From Candidatus Latescibacterota bacterium (GTDB taxonomy: Bacteria; Latescibacterota; UBA2968; GCA-2709665): a stretch of DNA of 64,000 bases. Shown piece by piece: positions 36,573-46,072 of the stretch (within the stretch, counting starts at the first letter, position 1; the number at the start of each line of letters is the position of its first letter). The position numbers and the translations under genes are program-made. The DNA is taken from contig CBDDDZ010000004.1 in the NCBI GenBank assembly GCA_965226795.1, positions 96,001 through 160,000 of the forward strand, in the 5' to 3' direction. The notes under the pieces were generated by a model. It searched no databases. It was given only the letters and a program-made list of their open reading frames with translations, and was not told where the DNA came from.

Positions 36573-37508
36573 CTATCGAAGCTGATAGGGCCCGGGCTGA
36601 TCCGGCATTGCCGTCGGTTTTCCGATCGCCTCGGCCATTGCTCGAATGTGGTACGGCAGGGCCCCGCAGCAGGCCCCGATGAAATCGACGCCCATATCCC
36701 AGGCGTCCCGCGCGTAGTCGGCCATCTCACGCCGGGGTTGGTGCCGGAGTTCGAAATGAACGCTTGAGCCCGAGGCGATCTCCCGCGTATACTCCGCGCC
36801 GTTTTCCAGCACGTACGCCAGGGGTTGAGCGCATATGGGCACGGACACCGCACCCATCATCTTGCGAAGAATATCCCGGTACATGTACCACGGCCGTCCG
36901 CAATTCACGCCCACCACGTCGGCGCCATGATCCACGAGCCGTTTCACGGCCTCGTCCGGCGGATACCGGTCGGCGGTATACTCGCCCGATTTGTACTCAA
37001 GTGTCACCACGGCGGGCACACCGGCGCTCTTTATGTAGGGCAGCCCCAGCGAAGCCTCCTCTACGGAATAAAACGTCTCTACGATGAACAGGTCCACACC
37101 CGCCGCGATCTGCTGTCCCACCCGCCGCTCGAAAAACGCCTGCGCCTCGCGCCTTTCCTTAGCGGTAATCGGTGATCGCCTCTGGTACTTTCCGATGCCG
37201 AAGGGGCTGAGCGTACCCGCCACAAACCGATTCGGGCCGGCAGCCTGCCTCGCAAGCTCGACGGCCGTACGGTGGAGTTCCTCATCCCGATCCAACTTGC
37301 CCACGCCCCAGGCCATGGCCTGCAGCACTTCGGCGCCGGCAAGCGCGAATTCCCTGTGCAATTCGAGCAGACCCTCGGGGTGATCCAGTACGGCCCAGGG
37401 GACGCCTTTGGCGAAACTGCCCAGACATCGCCGTTCAAGCTCCAGGTAGTAGCCACCGTCGCCAAGCACCGGCCCGTCCTTCAGGCGATCCAGAAAACCT
37501 GATGCCAT
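36573..37508 (-). CDS. Homocysteine S-methyltransferase family protein (copy 3, BHMT-like N-terminus)
   Basis: FLDRLKDGPVLGDGGYYLELERR, VGVNC, IGACCG. Confidence 0.85.
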   Translation of the reverse strand: MASGFLDRLKDGPVLGDGGYYLELERRCLGSFAKGVPWAVLDHPEGLLELHREFALAGAEVLQAMAWGVGKLDRDEELHRTAVELARQAAGPNRFVAGTLSPFGIGKYQRRSPITAKERREAQAFFERRVGQQIAAGVDLFIVETFYSVEEASLGLPYIKSAGVPAVVTLEYKSGEYTADRYPPDEAVKRLVDHGADVVGVNCGRPWYMYRDILRKMMGAVSVPICAQPLAYVLENGAEYTREIASGSSVHFELRHQPRREMADYARDAWDMGVDFIGACCGALPYHIRAMAEAIGKPTAMPDQPGPYQLR

Positions 37509-37613
37509 TGTAACGCCTCCTGTTGGGGGTTTTTATTTCCGCATCCTGAAAGTTATGGGCGCTATTGGTCCGAACTCCGCCTCCGCTTCCACGCGGGCAT
37601 ACCCAGTGCGAGT

Positions 37614-38831
37614 TCATTCTGGTAATGCACCGGCCTTCCGCTTCTCCGAAGGTCTGAAATCCGGAACGTCCAGACACGCGCTTCCCTGCTCCACAGACTG
37701 AACGGCCACAATGGCCGGCGCCGTTAATTCCGCCGACCGGTATACGTTCAGGGGTGGATCCGAATCATTCAGGATCGCGTCCAGAAAAGACGACAACGCA
37801 AAATAGTCCATATTTCCATGCCCGCTTCCCCGGGCCTCCTCGGGAAGCTCGTCCGGGGAATACTGCCATTCCATCGCCCGCATATCCTCTTCTCCGGAAC
37901 TCTCCAGCCACATCTTCGGCGTATCCACGCCCCGAGATCCGCCGTAGATCTCCGCGGATCGGGCGGTCTCCACCTTCCCTGTGGTCCCCTCCAGGTGCCA
38001 CCAGTGATGATCCCGGGGCGTTGTCGCATACGTAAAACCGGCCGCCATCCGGATAATCGTATCCTTTTCCGTGTGCATCAACGCCACCTGGATATCCGAC
38101 GCGGGAATTCCCTCGTAATAGTAGCTGTGGGGCCGCGTCCCCATGCATGTCACCCGCGTCACCCGGTCCTCCAGAACCGTCAGGATGGGGCCCAGGTCGG
38201 TTGCCATGTAGAGAATCGGGTGGGGATACCAGTTCCACATTCTGCTCTTGACCGCCCTCGGATGAGTCGCCGCTTCGTCCAGCGGGATCCGCTCGCCCGT
38301 CTCGGAATCCACCCAGAACCGGTCCGGCGTCATCCCGTGAAGATACTGTCCCTCGGCAAAGATGACATGACCGAGTTCGCCTTGCTTCACCAGTTTCCGC
38401 CAGGCTTTCACAAACGCATGGTACATCACCTGCTCGGCCATCTGGAACTTCAGCCCGCTGCGCTCCACCGCCACCACGACCCGCCACAAATCCTCCATAT
38501 TGTACGTCAGCGACACCTCGCACGTCGCATGTTTTCCCGCCTCCATCGCCTGGCAGATCAGATCCGGCTGATCGTGCGGCGCGGTCACGATGGCCACCGC
38601 GTCGATGTCCGCCTTCGCCAGCATCTCTTCATAGTCCGTGTAGCACGCGATGTCCGGATCGCCGGCCTCTCGATACGCCTGCCCCACCAGGGCCTCGACT
38701 TTGTCGCAGAGGGCCGTCACACGGCACGTCTTTATGCGCAGCAGGTTCTTCATCCACGATAGCCTCCCACGCGGCCCCAGCCCCACAATTCCGATCCGTA
38801 CCTGTTTCTGTTTGGGCATAAAATGCCTCAT
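37614..38831 (-). CDS. Gfo/Idh/MocA family oxidoreductase (GH109-like), paralogue of 957-2147
   Basis: VRIGIVGLGPRG, GKHATCEV, HHWW, EARGSGHGNMD, VPDFRP. Confidence 0.85.
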   Translation of the reverse strand: MRHFMPKQKQVRIGIVGLGPRGRLSWMKNLLRIKTCRVTALCDKVEALVGQAYREAGDPDIACYTDYEEMLAKADIDAVAIVTAPHDQPDLICQAMEAGKHATCEVSLTYNMEDLWRVVVAVERSGLKFQMAEQVMYHAFVKAWRKLVKQGELGHVIFAEGQYLHGMTPDRFWVDSETGERIPLDEAATHPRAVKSRMWNWYPHPILYMATDLGPILTVLEDRVTRVTCMGTRPHSYYYEGIPASDIQVALMHTEKDTIIRMAAGFTYATTPRDHHWWHLEGTTGKVETARSAEIYGGSRGVDTPKMWLESSGEEDMRAMEWQYSPDELPEEARGSGHGNMDYFALSSFLDAILNDSDPPLNVYRSAELTAPAIVAVQSVEQGSACLDVPDFRPSEKRKAGALPE

Positions 38832-38946
38832 TCCCGTTTCATTGCCCTTTTTGCTTACCTCTCCCGTCCTGCCTTTAACGACTCTTTGGAACTACGTTCA
38901 GTGTAGAAACAGGCGTTTCCTATCCCCTCACTTTTTTTTCTTCTTC

Positions 38947-39130
38947 GTCCTTTTTCTTATTCGCGTAAGGAAAAGGACCAAAAAGAACCGCGCCGCTCGG
39001 CGCGGAGCCGGTTTTTCCACGAATCTCACCGGTGGCATAGACGAGCGATTGTGGCCTGCGTACTCAAGAGATCAAAAAATCATTCTGTGGTGAACGGAAA
39101 AGCGTGGAAAAACCCCCCAAGCCACCACCG
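38947..39130. repeat. Partial second copy (5' part) of the 31012-31712 element
   Basis: Shared hairpin, CCGCTCGGCGCGGAGCCGGTTTTTCCACGAAT...GTGGCATAGAC...GCGTGGAAAAACCCCCCA. Confidence 0.85.
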
Positions 39131-39273
39131 ATCGGGCGGGAGGCGGACCGGGAAGGACCGTCGCGGGGCTCGCGGTCTGCCCGCAAACCGACGTCGGCCG
39201 TGTGCTTCTTTCCGGGTCACCCGATCCCCGGTTCCCCGCCGGAAGAAGCCGCAAGAGAAACGGCAGCCGGATG

Positions 39274-39501
39274 TCAGGCTGCCAGGTAGTCATCCTGCCT
39301 GGAGGAGACATCCGGCTCGGGATCTTTACTTGCCCCGACGAACTGCATGAGTCCACGCCTCTCCGGTACCTTTCGGGGATGGATGCTCATTTGGTGCGCA
39401 GGCTTCTCAGCCTTTTCCGCGCACCAGCGTTGAAGCCCTTCAATTACGGTTTCCCTCGACGGCCAGCGCTTGACGGACGAAATGGACGATGTCACCGGCA
39501 A
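39274..39501 (-). pseudogene. Truncated minimal nucleotidyltransferase (MNT) partner of HEPN, fused to unrelated sequence
   Basis: LPVTSSISSVKRWPSRETVIEGLQRW resembles the N-terminus of MNTs overlapping HEPN genes, but no GS/DxD catalytic motif follows. Confidence 0.5.
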
Positions 39502-39841
39502 AACGTAGTCCCTGTTCGCTCTGCAGCGGCCCGTAATGTTCGTAGGCCGCGCCTTCCGGATGCCCGTTAGGACAGCGTGTCGGAACGTAGTAGTTGTCGA
39601 GCACTCGCCCTTTTTCGACCAGGTGCTCCGAAGGGGCATCCGGAAGCTCCAAGAGCAGGCGCGCAACAACGTGGCCCCTCAATCGCTTTCCCCTGGCGAC
39701 GTGGAGCGCCTTCACTGCCTTTTCAGAAGCCTGGTGCGCGGCGAAACAAGCCCAGCCATGACGGCCTCCAATCTCAGATGCGGCGGCCTGCTGCAAATCG
39801 TGCTCCGCTTGCGCCAGCCAATCTTTCCATCGCTGTGCCAT
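39440..39841 (-). CDS. HEPN domain protein
   Basis: WLAQAEHDL, WACFAAHQASEKAVKA, GHVVARLL, YYVPTRCPNGH. Confidence 0.85.
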   Translation of the reverse strand: MAQRWKDWLAQAEHDLQQAAASEIGGRHGWACFAAHQASEKAVKALHVARGKRLRGHVVARLLLELPDAPSEHLVEKGRVLDNYYVPTRCPNGHPEGAAYEHYGPLQSEQGLRFAGDIVHFVRQALAVEGNRN

Positions 39842-40377
39842 CTTGTTACTCCTACCCTGTCCAAATCCCGACGTCGTTTCCTCGAAATCCTCAGTTCATT
39901 TCGTACTGAATTCCGCCACTGCGATCAACTCATGTCGAGCAAGAATTAAAATATCCCTAATCGACGACTTAAGCAAGAGGAAATGGCGTCGTGGCCGCCG
40001 TCTGTTAATAAGGGAAGGCGGCGCTCCCATGTTCGCTGGCGCGGGACCCCGTACGGGGAAAGATAAAGCATTGACAACGGGTCAAGGCGTCACAAGGAAC
40101 AGTCCGGCACAAGCAATTACTATTGACGTGGTAGTAAGTGAATTCCTCACAGAACCAGGCATCCGCGTATTGATATCGCCAGGCCGTATCGTCGACCAGG
40201 TTTGGCTGACTGCTGACCACTGATTGCTCTATCTCAGTGGGCCGGGGGGAGAGGTCCCGGGATCGAGGGCATCTTGCCCTCGTTGCGCCACTTCCGGTCC
40301 TGCCGCGTCATGGCGCTGACGTCAACTGATTGGGTTTTTGATTCAAGCTGAGAGCTGACAGCTTCTTTTGCTGCTTC

Positions 40378-40455
40378 TCCGGACAACAGAGGACGCGTGG
40401 TTTTGGCGTCCGACGTTGATGGTGAGCGGCGCGTCTCACGCCGCGAACAAAAGGC
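40378..40455. repeat. Internal fragment homologous to 31338-31414 of the long element
   Basis: TCCGGACAACAG.GGACGC.TGGTT.TGGCGT.CGA.G.TGATGGTGAGCGG...CGCCGCGAACAAA. Confidence 0.8.
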
Positions 40456-40616
40456 ACGCGACAAGATCGACGCGATGTTGAATCTTGCCGGCTGGAAGGT
40501 ACAGTCAAAAAACAAGCTTGTCGATAGCAAGGGCGGGTTGGGGCAGATGTGCAAGTTATTTGGTGACCGGTATGGATTACGTAATTGACGAATTGAATGA
40601 GGCGTTGGCGGCGTAA
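40444..40616 (+). pseudogene. hsdR: Internally deleted hsdR relic (5' end joined to 3' end)
   Basis: EQKARDKIDAMLNLAGWKVQSKNK matches hsdR ~41824-41897; the following DNA matches hsdR 44471-44565 including GAATTGAATGAGGC.TTGGC.GCGTAA. Confidence 0.85.
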
Positions 40617-40727
40617 GTCTGCCTCTCTGCTCAGGTTCTTTACATTCTGATAATTTTCTTTGTATTTTTCAGTAAGTAAAGTAATTCGTATGAAATTCTG
40701 ACGTGATCTACATCATTGGAGAAGATC

Positions 40728-40964
40728 GTGCCCAAAGTCAGTGCCAAGCGACAGATAACGCTTCCGGCTGATCAGTGCCGTTTGGCCGGCATCAAGCCAG
40801 GCGACGAGTGCCGGAGTTTCGTGGCCGATGGCCGCATCACCATAGTCCGCCAGCAGCCCGGCAGCGCCTGGGGATGCCTGGCGTATCTTGAAGGAGATCC
40901 AACGGTTTCAGACGAGGAGTCGCGGCAGGACGCCATGGAAAGAAAGCGAGACCAAACGCCTTGA
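40728..40964 (+). CDS. AbrB/MazE/SpoVT-family antitoxin
   Basis: PKVSAKRQITLP...GIKPGD; GTG after GGAG; overlaps the PIN gene. Confidence 0.85.
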   Translation: MPKVSAKRQITLPADQCRLAGIKPGDECRSFVADGRITIVRQQPGSAWGCLAYLEGDPTVSDEESRQDAMERKRDQTP

Positions 40965-41362
40965 TCGCAATCGACACCAATGTCCTGCTGCGCTATCTCT
41001 TGAGAGACGACGAAGCGCAGGCTGAACGGGCGCGTTGCATTATTGAATGCGGTGAGCGCGTTCTCATTACGGATGTGGTACTGGCGGAAACGACGTGGAC
41101 TTTAGCTGGCCGCCGGTATCGCGCGACCCGGGCCGACCTGATCGATTTGGTCAATATCCTGCTACAAGATTCCAACGTGCACTTCGAGGATGATGAGGTG
41201 GTCTGGAGCGCCTTGCAGGCATTTCGCAGGACGGAGGCGGACTTCGGCGACGCCCTGATCGTATGCAAGGCCAGAAAGACGGCAGCCGACGGAGACGAGT
41301 CGAGCGCTTTTTACACCTTCGATAACGCCGCCTTGCAGTTGCCTGACACCGCAGAGCCGTAG
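40961..41362 (+). CDS. vapC: PIN-domain toxin (VapC family)
   Basis: IDTNVLLR, VLAET, ADFGDALI, YTFD acidic residues. Confidence 0.9.
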   Translation: MIAIDTNVLLRYLLRDDEAQAERARCIIECGERVLITDVVLAETTWTLAGRRYRATRADLIDLVNILLQDSNVHFEDDEVVWSALQAFRRTEADFGDALIVCKARKTAADGDESSAFYTFDNAALQLPDTAEP

Positions 41363-41403
41363 CGCGTCCGGGAAGGCGATAAGGAAGAAGGAGAAAGGAA
41401 GAA

Positions 41404-41502
41404 GTGGCGGATCTTCGGATTCGGACGTAGGAGTTTGCACTGCGGATCATTCGCCTTTATTCGGGTCTTCCCAAGCGGACCGAGGCTCAAGTAATAGGCA
41501 GG
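41404..41502 (+). pseudogene. Four-helix-bundle protein (TIGR02436 type) N-terminal remnant
   Basis: Manual translation VADLRIRT*EFALRIIRLYSGLPKRTEAQVIGR with in-frame TAG at 41428-41430. Confidence 0.65.
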
Positions 41503-41613
41503 CATTCGCAAACAGCTTGAATGCGGGCGAAAGAGGTTGCGTTGATTTTGTTTAAATTTCTGCTTTCTTCCTTCAGATGACGGCTGAGTGTTGCTCTTGC
41601 TGCCAGACAAATG

Positions 41614-41645
41614 ACCCCGATGAACGATCTCATCGGGGTTTTTCT
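41614..41645 (+). terminator. Intrinsic terminator
   Basis: ACCCCGATGA-ACGATC-TCATCGGGGT perfect 10-bp stem followed by a T run. Confidence 0.75.
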
Positions 41646-41799
41646 GTGTCGCACAACGCGCCGAATTCGTCGCAAAATGCGTCACTTTCTGCTTGGGCCG
41701 CATTGACCAACAATGAAGATTTTCGTATATTGCGTGCTCTATAGGATAACATATATAGTTCGATCGAATTGGGCGAGTTTACGAAATAGGACGTTCGCA

Positions 41800-44565
41800 G
41801 TGACTGACATTTACCGCACTCCGGAACAGAAGGCGCGCGACAAGATCGACGTGATGTTGAATCAGGCCGGCTGGCAGGTTCAGTCAAGAAACAAGATTGA
41901 CTTGAATGCGTGCGCCGGCATCGCTGTTCGCGAGTATCAGACGGATGTTGGCCCAGCCGACTACGTTCTCTTTGTTGACAAGAAAGCCGTCGGTGTTGTC
42001 GAGGCCAAGCCGGAGGAATGGGGCCATAACATCACGACCGTGGAATTACAGTCCGGCACTTATGCTGCTGCCGAACTCAAATGGGTAAACAATCAAGAAC
42101 CTCTGCCGTTCGTTTACGAATCCACCGGTGTGCTTACTCGGTTTACCGACGGACGCGACCCGAAACCGCGCTCCCGGGAGGTTTTCAACTTCCCACGACC
42201 GGAAACCATGCCGGAGTGGCACACAAATGACGACTCGCTTCGTGCCAAGCTTCGAAAACTTCCTGAGCTCAACCCTACCGGACTCAGGTCTTGCCAGATA
42301 AGCGCCATCGAGAATCTCGAGATCTCGTTTAGAGACAACCGTCCGCGCGCACTCATTCAGATGGCCACCGGCTCTGGAAAGACCTACACCGCCATCACGT
42401 CGATTTACCGGCTGCTCAAACACGCGGACGCCAGGCGGATTCTCTTTCTCGTAGACACCAGGCATCTGGGTGAACAGGCCGAACAGGAATTCATGGCGTA
42501 CGTACCCAATGACGACAACCGCAAATTCACCGAACTCTACAGCGTTCAGCGTCTCAAATCGTCCTATGTTGCCAAGGATAGTCAGGTCTGTATCAGCACC
42601 ATCCAGCGCATGTATTCGCTTCTGAAGGGCGAGGAGATGGACGAATCCGCGGAAGAGATAAATCCGGCGGAGTTGACGCAGCCCAGACAGCCGATTCCGG
42701 TCGTCTACAACCAGAAAATTCCGCCTGAGTTCTTTGACTTCATCATCATTGACGAATGCCACCGGTCGATCTACAACCTCTGGCGCCAGGTCCTCGAATA
42801 CTTCGACGCATTCCTCATTGGCCTGACCGCTACGCCGGACAACCGTACGTACGGATTCTTCAAGAAAAACGTCGTCAGCGAATACACCCACGAACAAGCC
42901 GTCGCGGACGGTGTCAACGTCGGCAACGAAGTCTATATAATCGATACGGAAAGGACAGAGCACGGTGGCCATATAAGAGCCCACCAGCACGTCGAAAAAC
43001 GGGAGCGTCTCACGCGGCGCAAGCGCTGGGAGATTCAGGACGAGGATCTCGTTTATACCAGACAAGAACTGGATCGTGCCGTCGTCAATCCCGACCAGAT
43101 CCGTACCGTCATCCAGACCTTCCACGATAAACGGCATGAGATATTTCCGGGCCGAAGCGAAGTTCCGAAGACGTTGATTTTTGCCAAAACCGATAGCCAT
43201 GCCGACGACATCATACAGACCGTGCGTGAAGAATTCGCCGAAGGCAACGAGTTCTGCAAAAAGATCACCTACCGAGCAACAGAAGACCCGAAATCTGTCC
43301 TTGCCCAGTTTCGAAACGACTACTACCCGCGCATAGCTGTCACCGTGGATATGATTGCCACGGGTACCGACGTCAAACCACTCGAATGCCTGATCTTCAT
43401 GCGTGACGTGAGGAGCCGAAACTATTTCGAGCAGATGAAGGGTCGCGGGACCCGTACCTTTGAACACGACGATCTTAGGAAAGTCTCGCCGTCCGCTGTA
43501 AGTGGCAAGACCCACTATGTGATTGTCGACGCCGTCGGCGTCACAAAATCACTAAAGACTGCCAGCCAGCCGCTCATCACCAAACCTTCGGTGTCACTCA
43601 AGGATCTTGCAATGTGCGTGATGATGGGCGCCCACGATGAGGACACGGTGAGTTCCCTTGCCGGACGGCTCGCCCGACTCAACCGACAGCTCGACCAAGA
43701 TGAGCAGGATCGTATCCGAGAAAAGGCTGGCGGCGTCGAACTCACCAACATCGTCGGCGATCTGCTGGCGGCTATCGACCCGGACCGGATTGATGCGAAG
43801 GCTCGCGAAATTGAAGCTGTGCCCGACGGCGACGACCCGTCACCACCCGCTCGCGTCCAGGCGCGGGGACAGTTTGTAGCCGAGGCGGCCAGCGTGTTCA
43901 ACGGCGAGTTGATCGAATTGATCGATTCCATCCGCCGCGACAAAGAACAGACCATCGATCATGAGAGCCTGGACACCGTGCGGCGAGCTGAATGGAAAGG
44001 CGACGCGCACGAGAACGCCGAGGCCCTTGTCAAAGACTTCCGGGACTATCTTGAAGCCAATCGCGATGAAATCGAAGCCCTAACCATCTTTTACGCTCAA
44101 CCGTACAGGCGAAGAGACCTGACATTCGAGATGATCCGCGAGGTTTTCGAAAAGCTTAAAATCGATCGGCCTCGACTAGCCCCTTTGCGTGTATGGCAGG
44201 CATACTCCGTATTGGATGAATACAACGGCAGGCAACCGGCCAGTGAACTGACCGCGCTTGTGGCTTTGATCCGCCGCGTCTGCGGGATTGACGAGAAAAT
44301 CTCAACTTATTCGGATACCGTTCGCCGCAACTTCCAAAATTGGATTATGACACACCACAGCGGCAGCGGCGAAAAGTTCAACGAAGAGCAAATGCACTGG
44401 TTGCGCATGATCCGCGACCACATCATCACCTCCTTTCATCTGGAGCACGACGATCTGGACATGGCTCCATTCGATGGCAAGGGCGGCATGGGGCAGATGT
44501 ACAAGCTCTTCGGAGACCGAATGGATGATGTGATTGAGGAATTGAATGAGGCATTGGCAGCGTAA
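41800..44565 (+). CDS. hsdR: Type I restriction endonuclease subunit R (EcoEI/EcoAI-like C-terminus)
   Basis: ADYVLF..VVEAK nuclease motif, MATGSGKT, DECHR, QMKGRGTR; probable GTG start at 41800. Confidence 0.92.
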   Translation: MTDIYRTPEQKARDKIDVMLNQAGWQVQSRNKIDLNACAGIAVREYQTDVGPADYVLFVDKKAVGVVEAKPEEWGHNITTVELQSGTYAAAELKWVNNQEPLPFVYESTGVLTRFTDGRDPKPRSREVFNFPRPETMPEWHTNDDSLRAKLRKLPELNPTGLRSCQISAIENLEISFRDNRPRALIQMATGSGKTYTAITSIYRLLKHADARRILFLVDTRHLGEQAEQEFMAYVPNDDNRKFTELYSVQRLKSSYVAKDSQVCISTIQRMYSLLKGEEMDESAEEINPAELTQPRQPIPVVYNQKIPPEFFDFIIIDECHRSIYNLWRQVLEYFDAFLIGLTATPDNRTYGFFKKNVVSEYTHEQAVADGVNVGNEVYIIDTERTEHGGHIRAHQHVEKRERLTRRKRWEIQDEDLVYTRQELDRAVVNPDQIRTVIQTFHDKRHEIFPGRSEVPKTLIFAKTDSHADDIIQTVREEFAEGNEFCKKITYRATEDPKSVLAQFRNDYYPRIAVTVDMIATGTDVKPLECLIFMRDVRSRNYFEQMKGRGTRTFEHDDLRKVSPSAVSGKTHYVIVDAVGVTKSLKTASQPLITKPSVSLKDLAMCVMMGAHDEDTVSSLAGRLARLNRQLDQDEQDRIREKAGGVELTNIVGDLLAAIDPDRIDAKAREIEAVPDGDDPSPPARVQARGQFVAEAASVFNGELIELIDSIRRDKEQTIDHESLDTVRRAEWKGDAHENAEALVKDFRDYLEANRDEIEALTIFYAQPYRRRDLTFEMIREVFEKLKIDRPRLAPLRVWQAYSVLDEYNGRQPASELTALVALIRRVCGIDEKISTYSDTVRRNFQNWIMTHHSGSGEKFNEEQMHWLRMIRDHIITSFHLEHDDLDMAPFDGKGGMGQMYKLFGDRMDDVIEELNEALAA

Positions 44566-44566
44566 A

Positions 44567-46072
44567 ATGGATGAACTGGTTTCTACCAAAAGTAACATTC
44601 CGGCAAGTTGGATTGTAGAGAATTTAGACGTACTCTGTCGAAAAATAACCAAGGGAGCGACGCCTACAAGCTATGGATATAAATTCCAAGATTCTGGTAT
44701 CAACTTTGTCAAAATTGAAAACATCTCGAATGGGTTGATCGAGTCAAACACCATTCAGACATTTGTCAGTGAAGAAGCCCACGAAAACCAGGGAAGGTCA
44801 ATTCTTGAAGAGAACGACATCCTATTTTCGATAGCGGGAACAATCGGTCAGACTTGCATCGTAAGGAAAAGAGACCTCCCGGCAAATACCAATCAAGCCC
44901 TCGCGATTATTTCTGGATTTGCTAATTGCTTAGTCCCGGATTTCTTGGAGTTTCAACTCCGATCTACCGTTGCTAGTCGTGCAAAAGCGAAAGCCAGGGG
45001 TGGTGCGATGAATAATATTTCCCTAGGGGATCTCCGCAGCCTTCAGATATTGGTTCCACCACTCAAAGAGCAACTCCGAATCGTCGCCAAGATCGAGGAG
45101 CTTTTTCCCGAACTGGACAAGGGCATTGCGAGCCTGAAGGCGGCGCGGGCGAAGCTCGATATCTACCGCCAGGCCGTGCTCAAGCACGCCTTCGAAGGAA
45201 GGCTCACGGCCCAGTGGCGCGAAGAGAACCAAGACAAGCTTGAGCAGCCCGGGAAATTGCTCGCCCGCATCAAACGGGAGCGAGAAACACGTTACGAACA
45301 GCAACTTCATGAGTGGAAGGCCGCCGTCAAAAAATGGGGGAAAAGCGATAAAACGGCCAAGAAACCAGCGAAACCCAAAAGGCTGAGAAGCTTTTCAGTT
45401 TTTTCTGAAAATCAGCCGCTCAACAGTATTTGGCCGAGTTTTGAACTTGGGGACTTAATCAACGTCTCGAGCGGACAAAGCCTAACATCGAACGCCATGA
45501 GAGGCGGCAAATATCCAGTTTATGGTGGCAATGGGATTAATGGGTATCATGACGAATATCTGATTTCGGAACCAACTTTGATTATCGGCCGAGTGGGCGC
45601 GAAGTGCGGGGTAACCCATATTACCTTGAAGAACTCTTGGATAACTGACAATGCTCTAATCGCCTCGCCTCTTGTAAGATCGTTTGACAAACGCTATTTC
45701 AAATACTTACTGGAGCATAAGAACCTCAATGTATTAGGAAGTTCAACTGGACAGCCCGTTATATCTGGGGCGAAAATTTACGCTGTTCGCATTCCACTTC
45801 CCACGCTTGCTGAACAAATACAAATTGCAGATATAATAGAAAAAGCGAACTCATCAATCGACGAATTGACAACCGAAATCGACGATCAGCTACTTCAAGC
45901 CGACGTATTTCGACAATCGCTCTTAAAGAAAGCCTTTTCCGGCCAGCTCGTCCCACAGGACCCAAACGATGAACCTGCCTCGGTTCTTCTGGACCGAATC
46001 AGGGCCGAAATAGTGAAGACGGTGAAGAACAACCACTACAAGAAAACAAAGAAGAGAAAGACAACTGCATGA
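44567..46072 (+). CDS. hsdS: Type I R-M specificity subunit S
   Basis: Two TRDs; PPLKEQLRIVAKIEELF, RQAVLKHAFEG, PTLAEQIQI, RQSLLKKAFSGQLVPQDPNDEPAS. Confidence 0.92.
   Translation: MDELVSTKSNIPASWIVENLDVLCRKITKGATPTSYGYKFQDSGINFVKIENISNGLIESNTIQTFVSEEAHENQGRSILEENDILFSIAGTIGQTCIVRKRDLPANTNQALAIISGFANCLVPDFLEFQLRSTVASRAKAKARGGAMNNISLGDLRSLQILVPPLKEQLRIVAKIEELFPELDKGIASLKAARAKLDIYRQAVLKHAFEGRLTAQWREENQDKLEQPGKLLARIKRERETRYEQQLHEWKAAVKKWGKSDKTAKKPAKPKRLRSFSVFSENQPLNSIWPSFELGDLINVSSGQSLTSNAMRGGKYPVYGGNGINGYHDEYLISEPTLIIGRVGAKCGVTHITLKNSWITDNALIASPLVRSFDKRYFKYLLEHKNLNVLGSSTGQPVISGAKIYAVRIPLPTLAEQIQIADIIEKANSSIDELTTEIDDQLLQADVFRQSLLKKAFSGQLVPQDPNDEPASVLLDRIRAEIVKTVKNNHYKKTKKRKTTA

Noticed and set aside
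39843..40223. 126-aa ORF between HEPN and the hsdR relic
   Set aside because: No recognisable family or RBS; may be a gene fragment, cannot be supported
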